Part shown: positions 10,483 to 20,877 of the stretch, piece by piece
How positions within the stretch are numbered: position 1 is the stretch's first letter
How the letters are laid out: every line of letters begins with the position of its first letter
NCBI GenBank assembly: GCA_023412855.1
Contig: JAEZRJ010000080.1
Coordinates: 14,512-78,511 of the forward strand
Direction: 5' to 3'
Length of the DNA stretch: 64,000 nt
Source: Bacillota bacterium
GTDB taxonomy: Bacteria > Bacillota > Clostridia > Lachnospirales > Lachnospiraceae
Notes under the pieces: model-generated
The model's input: the letters and a program-made list of their open reading frames with translations, nothing else
Told to the model about the DNA's origin: nothing
Databases searched by the model: none
Position numbers and translations under genes: made by a program

Positions 10483-11442
10483 ATGTCTCTTTTGATGAAG
10501 AAAAAAGTAAAAGAAAAAATCAATGAAGTACCCATACAGATTACCTGGAAAGAAATCAAACGGCAGAAGGTTCTTTTATTCTGGTCATTCATAATTGTAA
10601 TATATGGCGTTATTTTTTATTATCTTCCACTAACCGGCTGGGTGATGGCATTTCAAAATTATAAGCCAAAAGATGGAATCTTCCATTCACAATTTATAGG
10701 TTTTGCCAAGTTTGAACAGCTATTTCATGATGCAACCTTCCTTAGAGTAATTCGAAATACTTTGGCCATGGGTGTAATAAATCTGGTGGTTTCCTTTATT
10801 ACTGCCATTGTATTTGCCATACTGTTGAATGAATTGCGTAACAAAAACGGGAAGAAGTTAGTGCAGACAATTTCTTATCTCCCCCACTTTTTATCATGGA
10901 TTATTGTTACTGGTATTCTTCATGAAGCGTTATCAGGAAGTGGTATTGTAAATGAGTTATTAGTAAAATTTAATTTTATTGATGCCCCCATTAATTTTTT
11001 TGCACATCCTAAATTCTTCTGGCCTATTGTCGCATTTGCCAACATTTGGAAGGAAACAGGATGGAACGCAATTATTTATCTGGCGGCCATAACGGCAATT
11101 GATCCTTGTCTCTATGAAGCAGCAGCCATTGATGGAGCAGGAAGATGGGCACGTATAAAATATGTTACACTGCCAGGAATTAAACCAACCATCATTATCC
11201 TGCTTTTGATAAATGTAGGAAATGTACTCAATGCAGGATTTGAAATTCAGTATCTATTAGGAAATGGACTGGTACAAAGTGTTTCCCAGACAATTGATAT
11301 CTACGTGTTAAAATGGGGAATCAGCCAGGGAGACTATGCGATTGGTACCGCAGCAGGTATCTTCAAAAGTCTTGTCAGCATTATTCTGATTGTAATCGCA
11401 AATATGATTGCTAAGCACAATGATGAGGAACGTTTATTCTAG
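10483..11442 (+). CDS. Carbohydrate ABC permease (LplB-like)
   Basis: SYLPHFLSW, EAAAIDGA EAA loop; AGGAG RBS before 10483. Confidence 0.9.
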   Translation: MSLLMKKKVKEKINEVPIQITWKEIKRQKVLLFWSFIIVIYGVIFYYLPLTGWVMAFQNYKPKDGIFHSQFIGFAKFEQLFHDATFLRVIRNTLAMGVINLVVSFITAIVFAILLNELRNKNGKKLVQTISYLPHFLSWIIVTGILHEALSGSGIVNELLVKFNFIDAPINFFAHPKFFWPIVAFANIWKETGWNAIIYLAAITAIDPCLYEAAAIDGAGRWARIKYVTLPGIKPTIIILLLINVGNVLNAGFEIQYLLGNGLVQSVSQTIDIYVLKWGISQGDYAIGTAAGIFKSLVSIILIVIANMIAKHNDEERLF

Positions 11443-11528
11443 CATGCATTTTTTTACAGGCTAAGCTGTTCTGATAAAAAGTACTTGCAGTCAAAGTTTA
11501 TAGAATATTGAAAGGCATGGTTGCTGAA

Positions 11529-12431
11529 ATGAAATTACTCAATAAAAATAAGAAAAAAACATCTCTGGGAGATATGATTTTTTATCTCTGCAATGGGATT
11601 TTTATGATAGCCTTTGTTATCATCACACTATATCCGGTGTTTAACACGCTGGTGATATCCTTTAATGATGGAACAGATGCATTACGTGGAGGAATCCACT
11701 TGTGGCCAAGAAAATGGACGCTGAAAAATTATGAAACAGTTTTAACGAAAGATAATCTGATTACAGGTGCTTATATCACTGTTACAAGAACAATTATTGG
11801 TACCTTGCTTGCGCTGATTACCAATGCTCTGCTTGCCTTTATTGTAAGTAGGAAACGCTTCTTGTTTAAGAGACAGCTTTCCTTGTTCTGGGTGGTAACC
11901 ATGTATGTTAATGGAGGACTGGTTCCAACATTTCTTCTTTTTAAAGGATTGGGTCTCACCAACAGTTTTGGGGTTTATGTTATTCCCGGTATGCTCAGTG
12001 CATTTAATATGCTGGTTATCAGAACCTTTATGAATGGAATTCCTGATTCCCTCGAGGAATCAGCACAACTGGATGGGGCCGGTTATATGACAATATTTAT
12101 CCGGATTATCTCACCATTATGTAAACCTGTATATGCAACTGTTGCATTGTTTGTGGCAGTAGGGCAGTGGAATTCATGGTTTGATGCCATGCTCTATAAT
12201 CGTATGAGATCAGACTTGACAACATTACAGTATGAGCTTATGAAACTACTCTCTTCTGTTACAAATCAGGGTGGTTCTGTAGAAAATTTAAAAAATGCAG
12301 CAGGAGCTGTTACGCCTACATCGGTACGAGCAGCAGCGACCATTATAACTATTTTACCAATTATTATGCTATACCCATTTTTACAAAAATATTTCGTTAC
12401 AGGTATGACACTTGGAGGAGTAAAAGAATAA
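11529..12431 (+). CDS. Carbohydrate ABC permease (LplC/YtcP-like)
   Basis: EESAQLDGA EAA loop, YPFLQKYFVTG...GGVKE end; start uncertain (11508/11517/11529). Confidence 0.9.
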   Translation: MKLLNKNKKKTSLGDMIFYLCNGIFMIAFVIITLYPVFNTLVISFNDGTDALRGGIHLWPRKWTLKNYETVLTKDNLITGAYITVTRTIIGTLLALITNALLAFIVSRKRFLFKRQLSLFWVVTMYVNGGLVPTFLLFKGLGLTNSFGVYVIPGMLSAFNMLVIRTFMNGIPDSLEESAQLDGAGYMTIFIRIISPLCKPVYATVALFVAVGQWNSWFDAMLYNRMRSDLTTLQYELMKLLSSVTNQGGSVENLKNAAGAVTPTSVRAAATIITILPIIMLYPFLQKYFVTGMTLGGVKE

Positions 12432-12452
12432 TGTAAAGCATGGACGCTTTTC

Positions 12453-12481
12453 TTGTATTTAAGATTTCGTCTCGGTATAAT
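12453..12481 (+). promoter_or_regulatory. Internal sigma-A-like promoter for the second SBP
   Basis: TTGTAT-N17-TATAAT, 30 nt upstream of ATG 12512. Confidence 0.6.
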
Positions 12482-12511
12482 CATAGTAATAAAAGAAAGC
12501 AGGTATTTACT

Positions 12512-14152
12512 ATGAGAAGAACAATTATAAACAGCATATTCTTAATTGGGATAGTAATCATAATTTTAATGATTACTTTTTCCAAAAGAGAGTCTGCACA
12601 AAAGAATACTTTTAAAAAGTTTACAGCATTCTATGATGTGCAGGGCGATAAAATTGATGAAAATAACGAAATAAAAAGAAAAATTGCTGAAATTACCGGG
12701 GCAGAATGTGAAGAAATTTGGTTGGGATCTCAGACAAAAGCAGATGCTATTAACTCTTATATTGCCAGTGGTGAATATACAGATTTTATCATTGGTGGGC
12801 TGGAGTTATATCAGGTTGGGGCCTTGCTACCGATTGATCTGTATTGGGATGACTATCCAAATATCAAAAAATATATGACAGAAAAAGAGTGGGACAGACT
12901 CCGGCTGGAGGATGGACACATCTACTGGATTCCCCAGTTTGGAGTTGTAAACGGGAAAGATATAGAAACCATTCATGAAGGTGAAGCCTTTTGGATACAG
13001 ACCAGAGTATTAAAGTGGGCAGGTTATCCTGATGTTCGCACACTGGATGAGTATTTTGACCTGATAGGCGATTATTATGAAGCAAATCCTGTTATGGAAA
13101 ATGGAACTCCCAATATTCCCTATACGATTTTGTGTGATGACTGGAGATATTTTTGTCTGGAGAATCCACCACAATTTTTGGATGGATATCCCAATGATGG
13201 AAGTTGTATGGTGGACCCGGTGAATTTAAAAATTCTGGATTATAACTTTACAGATACAGCCAAGCGTTATTTTATGAAATTAAATGAACAAAATAAAAAA
13301 GGGATTATAGATCCAGAATCTTTTACCAGTACCTATGAAGAGTATATTGAAAAACTTTCCAGTGGGGCTGTTCTTGGAATGGTGGACCAGTGGTGGCAGT
13401 TTTCTTATAATATTACTTCTCCATATGAAAAACAAAATCTGGATGAGGTGGGATGTAATTATGTTCCCCTTCCCATAACCATAGACAGATCTATAAAAAA
13501 TCAATGGCATGTGAAACGCTCTAACGAATTGGATATATCATCTGGAATTTCGGTAACCATATCCTGCCAGGATGTGGATGGTGCTTTTCAGTTTATCAAT
13601 GATTTATTAGATGAAGAAATACAGAATCTCAGATACTGGGGTATTGAAAATGTAGATTACTATGTGGACGATGGGGGAGTTTTCTATCGAACGGATGAAC
13701 AAAGAGAAAAGCATAATCTTGCTGATTATCTGGCCTCCCATTTTTGCTCATATGCTTATTTCCCCAGAAAAGAAGGAGTTAATAGTGATGGCGTCAATAT
13801 GTTTTCACCAGAATATCAATTGGGTGAATTTCAAGCCTCCTTGCCTCAGGATGTAAAAGAATGTTTTGATGCTTATGGAGCCAGTACTTATGTAGATATG
13901 ATTGGAACGAATGATCAGCCCGGAAAATGGTATCCGATGTATTCCTATTCTACGTTATTGACCAATCAGACACCAGCAGGTGTGGTGTGGAAAGAAATGA
14001 CAGCACTGAAGCAGTCATGGCTTCCCCAGGTAGTGATGGCAGATGATTTTGAAGCCACCTGGGCTCAGTACCAACAGGCCTATAATAATATTAGTCCTCA
14101 AATCTTTTTTGACGATATGCAGCTGGAACTGGAAAGAAGAATCCAAGAGTAG
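12512..14152 (+). CDS. Second solute-binding protein, paralogue of 8672-10396, TM-anchored without lipobox
   Basis: Shares long near-identical blocks (AFWIQTRVLKWAGYP, DWRYFCLEN-PQFLDGYPNDGS, GCNYVPLPITI) with SBP1; hydrophobic N-terminal helix lacks Cys. Confidence 0.85.
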   Translation: MRRTIINSIFLIGIVIIILMITFSKRESAQKNTFKKFTAFYDVQGDKIDENNEIKRKIAEITGAECEEIWLGSQTKADAINSYIASGEYTDFIIGGLELYQVGALLPIDLYWDDYPNIKKYMTEKEWDRLRLEDGHIYWIPQFGVVNGKDIETIHEGEAFWIQTRVLKWAGYPDVRTLDEYFDLIGDYYEANPVMENGTPNIPYTILCDDWRYFCLENPPQFLDGYPNDGSCMVDPVNLKILDYNFTDTAKRYFMKLNEQNKKGIIDPESFTSTYEEYIEKLSSGAVLGMVDQWWQFSYNITSPYEKQNLDEVGCNYVPLPITIDRSIKNQWHVKRSNELDISSGISVTISCQDVDGAFQFINDLLDEEIQNLRYWGIENVDYYVDDGGVFYRTDEQREKHNLADYLASHFCSYAYFPRKEGVNSDGVNMFSPEYQLGEFQASLPQDVKECFDAYGASTYVDMIGTNDQPGKWYPMYSYSTLLTNQTPAGVVWKEMTALKQSWLPQVVMADDFEATWAQYQQAYNNISPQIFFDDMQLELERRIQE

Positions 14153-14229
14153 CAGAATGATTCTCTGTAAAAGCAATACGAATTAATAATAAACATAGTT
14201 AGAATATAAGAGACGGGAAATAAGTAACC

Positions 14230-15738
14230 ATGGAACAGATTAATAACCCTATATTCAGAGGAATGTATCCAGATCCTTCCATTTGTGAAGCAGGAGGGAA
14301 ATATTATCTCATAACCTCCACATTTACGTATGCACCGGGAATTCCAATTTTTGAAAGTGAAGATTTACAGAACTGGACTCAGATTGGAAATGTTTTAGAG
14401 ACTTCAAAGCAATTGGATTTAATGGATTTGGAAGTATCTTCTGGGATATTTGCAGCAACAATTCGTTATCATAAGGAAAAGTTTTATATAATCACAACAA
14501 ATGCTGGAAGAGGTGGTAACTTTTATGTAACCGCAACGGATCCAAAAGGTCCCTGGTCTGAACCAGTATTTTTGGAACATGCCTCTGGAATTGATCCCAG
14601 TCTATTTTTTGAGGGTGAGTGTTGCTACTATGTTGGACAGCGATTTAAGGCAGATGCCAAGTACTATGGCGACTGTGAAATCTGGGTGCAGAAACTGGAC
14701 TTAAGTAATGGCACTTTAGTAGAAGAACCGCATGTTCTATGGGATGGTGCTGCTAAGAACGTAGTATGGCCGGAAGGACCACATCTCTACAAAAAAGATG
14801 ACTATTACTATCTGATGATTGCAGAGGGTGGAACAGCTCATGAACATAGTGTAAATATCGCAAGAAGCAAAGAACTCTATGGACCTTATGAATCATGCAA
14901 AAATAATCCTTTGTTAACACATAAGCATTTGGGGTTGAACTATCCACTTCAGTATATCGGGCATGCCGATCTTGTGGAAAACACTGATGGAAGTTGGTTT
15001 GCTGTAATGCTGGGAACCAGAATGTATAAAGGAAAGAGTTCCATGGGGCGGGAGACTTTTATGGTTCCTGTTATTTGGGAAGAAGACTGGCCTGTTTTCT
15101 GTGCAGGAGAAGGAAAAATTCCTGTATTACCAGAAACTCTGTGCGGAATGGGGATAGTAAAAAAAATCATTTGGACGAATCCGCTTCCCCTTTGTTGTGT
15201 TATGTTACGTAGCGTACTGGATCCTTCAATTAGAAACGTATTAGATGGAAGTCTGTACCTGAAACTTGGAACACAAAAACTGGAGGGAGAAAAAACACCG
15301 TCCTATATTGGAATCCGAGTTGCGGAGCATCAGTTTTCGTTGAAAGTTCCAATGACATTTCTCCCAGAAGAAGGGGAAGAAGCTGGATTGGTATACTATT
15401 ACAATGGGGACAACTTCATCAGATTTATTATCTCAAAGCAAAACAACATAATAATGACAAGTATTATTAAAAAAGAAAAGTCAGTAGAAACCTGTATTTT
15501 CAGAGAAAAAACAGATCAATATAGGGGAAGCGCTATTTTGGAATTGCAGGCTGAAAAACATAGTATGAGCTGTATCTTTAATGGAAGAATATTGGCAGAA
15601 TCAATAGATATTGCTCAGCTAACGACCCAGGGTGCTGGTGGTTTTGTCGGCTGTACCATGGGAGTGTATGGATATACAGACAAGGAAAACAGTACAAATT
15701 ATGCTGTTTTTGGCTCCATGACTGTCATCTATCCTTAA
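14230..15738 (+). CDS. GH43 beta-xylosidase/arabinofuranosidase with C-terminal beta-sandwich
   Basis: NPIFRGMYPDPSIC, GIDPSLF, WPEGPHLY, AEGGT, GGFVG motifs; no signal peptide. Confidence 0.9.
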   Translation: MEQINNPIFRGMYPDPSICEAGGKYYLITSTFTYAPGIPIFESEDLQNWTQIGNVLETSKQLDLMDLEVSSGIFAATIRYHKEKFYIITTNAGRGGNFYVTATDPKGPWSEPVFLEHASGIDPSLFFEGECCYYVGQRFKADAKYYGDCEIWVQKLDLSNGTLVEEPHVLWDGAAKNVVWPEGPHLYKKDDYYYLMIAEGGTAHEHSVNIARSKELYGPYESCKNNPLLTHKHLGLNYPLQYIGHADLVENTDGSWFAVMLGTRMYKGKSSMGRETFMVPVIWEEDWPVFCAGEGKIPVLPETLCGMGIVKKIIWTNPLPLCCVMLRSVLDPSIRNVLDGSLYLKLGTQKLEGEKTPSYIGIRVAEHQFSLKVPMTFLPEEGEEAGLVYYYNGDNFIRFIISKQNNIIMTSIIKKEKSVETCIFREKTDQYRGSAILELQAEKHSMSCIFNGRILAESIDIAQLTTQGAGGFVGCTMGVYGYTDKENSTNYAVFGSMTVIYP

Positions 15739-15880
15739 TAAAACACTACTCTATATGTGGAAAACCAGGCTGCAGATTCGTAATGTTTTATTTTTCCAGA
15801 CAGGAAGCGGGGGATATGTTGATTTTATGAAGTTTCTTTATTTGGATTATAAATAAGCAGGAAAGAGGAACAGGAATCAG

Positions 15881-17287
15881 ATGATGGATGAAAAAAAGCA
15901 AGCATTTAATCCTTATTTACCATCCTGGGAATATGTACCAGATGGGGAACCCTATGTATTTGGAGACCGACTCTATCTATATGGATCCCACGACTTTTAT
16001 AATGGCCCTGTATTCTGTCCTGGAGACTATGTATGCTGGTCAGCACCCGTTGAAGATTTGGGAAACTGGCGTATGGAAGGGGTAATATACAAAAAAACCG
16101 ATGACCCTGAAAATCCTTATGGAAAAATGTGTTTATATGCACCAGATGTAACCCAAGGTCCTGACGGCAGATATTATCTCTACTATGTTCTGGATAAGAT
16201 TTCGGTGGTATCAGTGGCAGTATGTGATACTCCATATGGTAAATTCGAGTTTTACGGATATGTGAGATATGAGGATGGAACGAGACTTGGCGAAGGAGAG
16301 CAGGATGAACCCCAGTTTGATCCCGGGGTATTAACGGAGGGTGATAAATCATATCTTTATACAGGATTTGCTGCACCCGGAGATACAGGCAGACATGGAG
16401 CAATGGTTACTGTTTTAAAGGAAGATATGATAACTATCGAAACAGCCCCAGTATTTGTGATTCCCAGTAAATCCTATGGACAGGGTACAGATTTTGAAGG
16501 CTTTGAATTCTTTGAAGCACCATCTATCAGAAAACGTGGAAATCTGTATATTCTTATTTATTCTTCGGTACAAATGCACGAATTATGCTATGCATACAGT
16601 GAAAATCCATGCTCAGGTTTTCGTTACGGTGGTGTGGTTGTGAGCAATACGGATTTGCACATTGATACTTATAAACCGGCTCTGATGCCCGCTGCATATG
16701 GAGCCAATAATCATGGGAGTATTATTGAGATTCAGAATCAGTGGTATGTTTTTTATCATCGTCATACCAATAATTCATGGTATTCCAGACAGGGCTGTGC
16801 TGATAAAATTGAATTTTTGGACAACAAGACAATTCATCAGGCGGAAATGACATCCTGTGGTCTAAATCAGGGGGCTCTGACAGGAAAAGGTGAGTATCCA
16901 GCATTTATTGCCTGTAATTTATTTACCCGAGAAGAGTCTGTATATGTCGGGGGGGAAGGATTCCCAAGAATACGACAGGATGGCAGAGATGGGGATACAG
17001 ATCCTGCTTATATCAGTAATGTGACAGACGGATCTACAATCGGATTTAAATATTTTAATATGCAAAAAGTCAGTAAAATCGGGATTAGGATACGCGGGTA
17101 TGCAAAAGGAGTATTTCATGTAAAGACCGCCTGGGATCAGGAGCCGCTTGTATCTATACCCGTGGATTTCAGCAATGTATGGGAAGATTACCAAAAAGAA
17201 ATAGCACCACTGACAGGAGTATATGCATTGTATTTTACTTTTGAAGGACGGGGAACAGCAGATTTTTATTCATTTACAATGGATTAA
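15881..17287 (+). CDS. GH43 arabinofuranosidase/xylosidase with C-terminal CBM6-like domain
   Basis: [36 protein letters not shown] motifs; IGFKYF in the C-terminal domain. Confidence 0.85.
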   Translation: MMDEKKQAFNPYLPSWEYVPDGEPYVFGDRLYLYGSHDFYNGPVFCPGDYVCWSAPVEDLGNWRMEGVIYKKTDDPENPYGKMCLYAPDVTQGPDGRYYLYYVLDKISVVSVAVCDTPYGKFEFYGYVRYEDGTRLGEGEQDEPQFDPGVLTEGDKSYLYTGFAAPGDTGRHGAMVTVLKEDMITIETAPVFVIPSKSYGQGTDFEGFEFFEAPSIRKRGNLYILIYSSVQMHELCYAYSENPCSGFRYGGVVVSNTDLHIDTYKPALMPAAYGANNHGSIIEIQNQWYVFYHRHTNNSWYSRQGCADKIEFLDNKTIHQAEMTSCGLNQGALTGKGEYPAFIACNLFTREESVYVGGEGFPRIRQDGRDGDTDPAYISNVTDGSTIGFKYFNMQKVSKIGIRIRGYAKGVFHVKTAWDQEPLVSIPVDFSNVWEDYQKEIAPLTGVYALYFTFEGRGTADFYSFTMD

Positions 17288-17304
17288 ACGACGGGGGATT
17301 AGCA

Positions 17305-19491
17305 ATGGCAATCAGAAAAAAGGGACGGGTAGAAAAGAAAAGTAATCAGCGGAATCAGCTAATACAGTCAGGACAGGCAGAGCAGCCAGGCCAGGGGAGC
17401 AAGAGAAAAATGAGGATGCTGGATAAAGAAATAAAGATGCAGCAAAAACAAGATGCAAACTCCGTAAAATGGTACCATAGTATTCGAATGAAATTAATTT
17501 CTGCGTTTATGATTCTTGTAATTTTGCTGGTGGTTTTAGGTACTTTTTCTTATCAAAAGGCAGCGCAGGGAATTATTCAGAATTATGAAAGTGCCATGAA
17601 TTCTTCCTTGAATCTAATGCTTCGCTATTTTGAAACAGTCAGTATATCTGCTGAAGCTAAAAATTTGCAATTAACCAGAAATACCACTTTAAGAAAGTAC
17701 TATGCAGGACTTTATGCGGAGGATTTAATCGAGCAGAAAAAAGTTTTTACGGAAATATCTTCGCAAGCCTATGCTACTGCCATGACGGAAAAAAACATCA
17801 GTGAAATCTATGTGTTAACAGAAACTGGAAAACCAATCGGAGCGATTAATAATCTTTTACCTGCAGATACCTATGACCAGTTCGTTTCTTCGGATGAATT
17901 CAAACTACTGGAGAATATTGGAAATCAGGAAACAATATGGCTTGGCTTTCACCCGGGACTGGATATTCCGGCAGAGAAAAAAATTGACTCTTATGGAATT
18001 TACTGTGTCAGAAGACTTTTTGATCAGTATGATAAACCGGTCGGTTATGTCATTGTTGATTTATCCAAGGAATTTATTACAGACACTTTAAAGACAAGCG
18101 AGTTACCAGAAGGCAGTATGGCTGTTTTTCAGACCAGCGATGGCAGAAATTTGTTTGATGGTGAGTATGATGAAGCAATGCTGGAAGAAATTATGCAAAA
18201 GAAAGCTGAACTTACAGACGGGAAAGGCTATATCAGTTATCAAGGAAATAGTTATCTCCTATTAGAGGGAAATGTGGAAAAGGTGCAGGGCAAGATCATC
18301 ACATTGATTCCAAGGTCTGCCATCATTGAACAAGCTCAGGCAGTTAAGAATACTACCATGATACTTGTAGTTCTTGGAGGTCTCATCGGAATCGGTTTGG
18401 CAGTAATTCTCTCCAAAGAAATTGCAAAAGAAATTGAAAAGGTTAATTTTGTTCTGAAAAAAAGTGCAAAAGGCAACCTGACCAGCCTGGTAATGGTACG
18501 TGGAAAAGATGAGTTTCAGTTACTTGGAAATTGTGTGAATGAAACGATACTTGAAATAAAAAAAATGATAGAGCGGGTGCAGCAATCCAGCAATAAAATT
18601 GCAGTATCTTCCGGATATATGAAAACAGTATCGGAAGAGTTAATGAACGCCAGTGATGGAATTCATCATGCATCTCATGAAATCAGCTGTGGAATGAGTC
18701 AGCAGGCAGAAGATACTGTAAATTGTGTGGAAGAAATGAATGAACTGGCAGTATTAATATCCAACGTAAATGATGCCATTGGATTGATGAATCAGGTGCT
18801 TACAAAAGCGGACAAGCTCTCCTATGAAGGAATTGATGTGGTGAATAAACTTTGCCAGAGAGAAAAAGCAACGGTTTCCATTACCAATCAGGTAATTACC
18901 AATGTGGAACAGATGGAAGAAAATTCGAAAGAAATTAGTGAGTTTATTAAGATTATTAATTCCATAGCAGAAAGTACGAATCTCTTATCCTTAAATGCCT
19001 CCATTGAAGCAGCCAGAGCTGGAGAAGCAGGACGTGGATTTTCTGTTGTGGCAGATGAAATTCGTAAGCTTTCAGCACAGTCAGAGCAGGCTTCAGCAGA
19101 AATCGGCAGAATCATTTCCCGTATGAAAAAAGAAACAGTTGATACGGTAGATAGTGTGAGACAGGCAAAAGCGGCAATGGAAAGTCAGGAAAAAACTTTA
19201 AATGAAACTGTTACTATGTTCCAGGGGATGAATCAGGAAATCATGTCCCTTGCGGATCATATGAATCAAATCCATGGAAAGATGGAAAATATGGATCAGT
19301 CAAAAGATGAAATGCTTGGAAGTATCCAAAGTATTTCAGCAGCAGCAGAAGAAACGGAAAGTGCAGCAGGACAATTAGAGGAAAATGTAGCAAATCAGAT
19401 GGCGATTGCAAAGAAAATTGAGGAGGCTGCAGAAGATTTAAATAAAGAATATGAAGAGATGGAACGGATGGTAAACAGATTTACCATTTAG
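17305..19491 (+). CDS. Methyl-accepting chemotaxis protein (Cache-type sensor)
   Basis: Two TM helices, [36 protein letters not shown] signalling motif; start may be further downstream. Confidence 0.9.
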   Translation: MAIRKKGRVEKKSNQRNQLIQSGQAEQPGQGSKRKMRMLDKEIKMQQKQDANSVKWYHSIRMKLISAFMILVILLVVLGTFSYQKAAQGIIQNYESAMNSSLNLMLRYFETVSISAEAKNLQLTRNTTLRKYYAGLYAEDLIEQKKVFTEISSQAYATAMTEKNISEIYVLTETGKPIGAINNLLPADTYDQFVSSDEFKLLENIGNQETIWLGFHPGLDIPAEKKIDSYGIYCVRRLFDQYDKPVGYVIVDLSKEFITDTLKTSELPEGSMAVFQTSDGRNLFDGEYDEAMLEEIMQKKAELTDGKGYISYQGNSYLLLEGNVEKVQGKIITLIPRSAIIEQAQAVKNTTMILVVLGGLIGIGLAVILSKEIAKEIEKVNFVLKKSAKGNLTSLVMVRGKDEFQLLGNCVNETILEIKKMIERVQQSSNKIAVSSGYMKTVSEELMNASDGIHHASHEISCGMSQQAEDTVNCVEEMNELAVLISNVNDAIGLMNQVLTKADKLSYEGIDVVNKLCQREKATVSITNQVITNVEQMEENSKEISEFIKIINSIAESTNLLSLNASIEAARAGEAGRGFSVVADEIRKLSAQSEQASAEIGRIISRMKKETVDTVDSVRQAKAAMESQEKTLNETVTMFQGMNQEIMSLADHMNQIHGKMENMDQSKDEMLGSIQSISAAAEETESAAGQLEENVANQMAIAKKIEEAAEDLNKEYEEMERMVNRFTI

Positions 19492-19501
19492 GAGGAGTAA
19501 C

Positions 19502-20635
19502 GTGAAGCAGAAACAATATCGCAATGTTTTTCTGGAAGCTGGTTATCAAAAAGAAGAAATAGAGCAAAGAGTAGAGGATACTTTTTGGCAGATTTTTTAT
19601 GGACCGAATAAATTTTATTTTGAAAATGAAGACGGGACTGGTTATGTGATGGATACTGGAAATTATGACGTAAGAACCGAAGGTATGTCCTATGCCATGA
19701 TGATATGTGTACAGTTAGGTAAAAAAAAGGAATTTGATGCTCTTTGGAAATGGGCAAAAACTTATATGTATATGGAAGAAGGGGTTAACAAAGGATATTT
19801 TGCGTGGAGTGTCCACCCGGACGGAAGAAAGAATTCCTATGGACCAGCTCCTGATGGTGAAGAATTTTTTGCTATGGCGTTATTTTTTGCGGCACATCGC
19901 TTTGGAGATGGAGAAGGAATTTTCTGCTATTCAAAAGAAGCAAGGGATTTATTGTCTACCTGTGTTCACAAAGGAGAAGATGGGATTGGATTTGCCATGT
20001 GGAATCCAGACAATTATTTGATACGATTTATTCCTGACAGGGAATTTACAGATCCATCCTATCATCTTCCGCATTTTTACCAGTTATTTTCTCTGTGGGC
20101 TAAGGAAGAGGATCAAAAATTCTGGACTATTGCAACTGAAAAAAGTAGAGAATTTCTGAAAAAGGCCTGCCATCCAGAAACTGGTCTAAGCGCAGAGTAT
20201 AGCACCTTTTCTGGAGAACCTTACCCCTTGGAGCAGGAAATATTTGGTAGACATGACTGGTATTTTAGCGATGCATACCGCACGATTGCAAATATTGCGT
20301 TGGATTATGAATGGTTTGCAAAGGAAACTTCGGAAGGCAGTTGGCATAAGGAAACAGCAGAAAAACTTCAGTATTTTTTCTGTGAAACCATGAAACATAA
20401 CTCGAGAGCCATTTACACCATCGATGGGAAACTTGCGGGAGACGAAGCGCTCCACCCAATTGCAATCACAGCAACCAATGCACAGGCTTCCCTTGCCTCT
20501 GATGGACCCTTTGCCATTGCTTGTGTAAAAGATTTCTGGAACACCCCGCTTAGAACAGGTGAAAGAAGATACTACGATAACTGCCTGTATCTTTTCGCTA
20601 TGCTGGCTTTAAGTGGCAATTACCGCATTTGGTAG
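19502..20635 (+). CDS. GH8 reducing-end xylose-releasing exo-oligoxylanase (Rex)
   Basis: DVRTEGMSY, GPAPDGEE, TDPSYHLPHFY, SDAYR, LHP, RYYDNCLY motifs; GGAGGAG RBS with GTG start; no signal peptide. Confidence 0.88.
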   Translation: MKQKQYRNVFLEAGYQKEEIEQRVEDTFWQIFYGPNKFYFENEDGTGYVMDTGNYDVRTEGMSYAMMICVQLGKKKEFDALWKWAKTYMYMEEGVNKGYFAWSVHPDGRKNSYGPAPDGEEFFAMALFFAAHRFGDGEGIFCYSKEARDLLSTCVHKGEDGIGFAMWNPDNYLIRFIPDREFTDPSYHLPHFYQLFSLWAKEEDQKFWTIATEKSREFLKKACHPETGLSAEYSTFSGEPYPLEQEIFGRHDWYFSDAYRTIANIALDYEWFAKETSEGSWHKETAEKLQYFFCETMKHNSRAIYTIDGKLAGDEALHPIAITATNAQASLASDGPFAIACVKDFWNTPLRTGERRYYDNCLYLFAMLALSGNYRIW

Positions 20636-20755
20636 ATGGAAAAGCAAATCAAGCTGGAAAACTGAGGTAAGCTAAGAATAGAGGATGTCTGTACTTGGCG
20701 GTAAATACCCATGGCTAGACTTTCACTAGCTAGATTAGTGCCATGCCTGGCACAC

Positions 20756-20795
20756 AAAAATCTGCGGTTCTTATATATTATAAGAACCGCAGATT
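20756..20795. terminator. Terminator between convergent rex and DUF4097 genes
   Basis: AATCTGCGGTTCTTATA / TATAAGAACCGCAGATT perfect 17-bp stem, A-tract on the left. Confidence 0.7.
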
Positions 20796-20877
20796 CTGAT
20801 TGTATCAAGATATTATGAATCCTAAGAAATAACATATTCTGCAATCAATTGGATTTATAAATTCTCTCGCATATGAA

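Noticed and set aside
20636..20755. Possible gene remnant or att site at the right edge of the xylan locus
   Set aside because: No recognisable translation in the three forward frames and no direct repeat matching the left edge found by eye.
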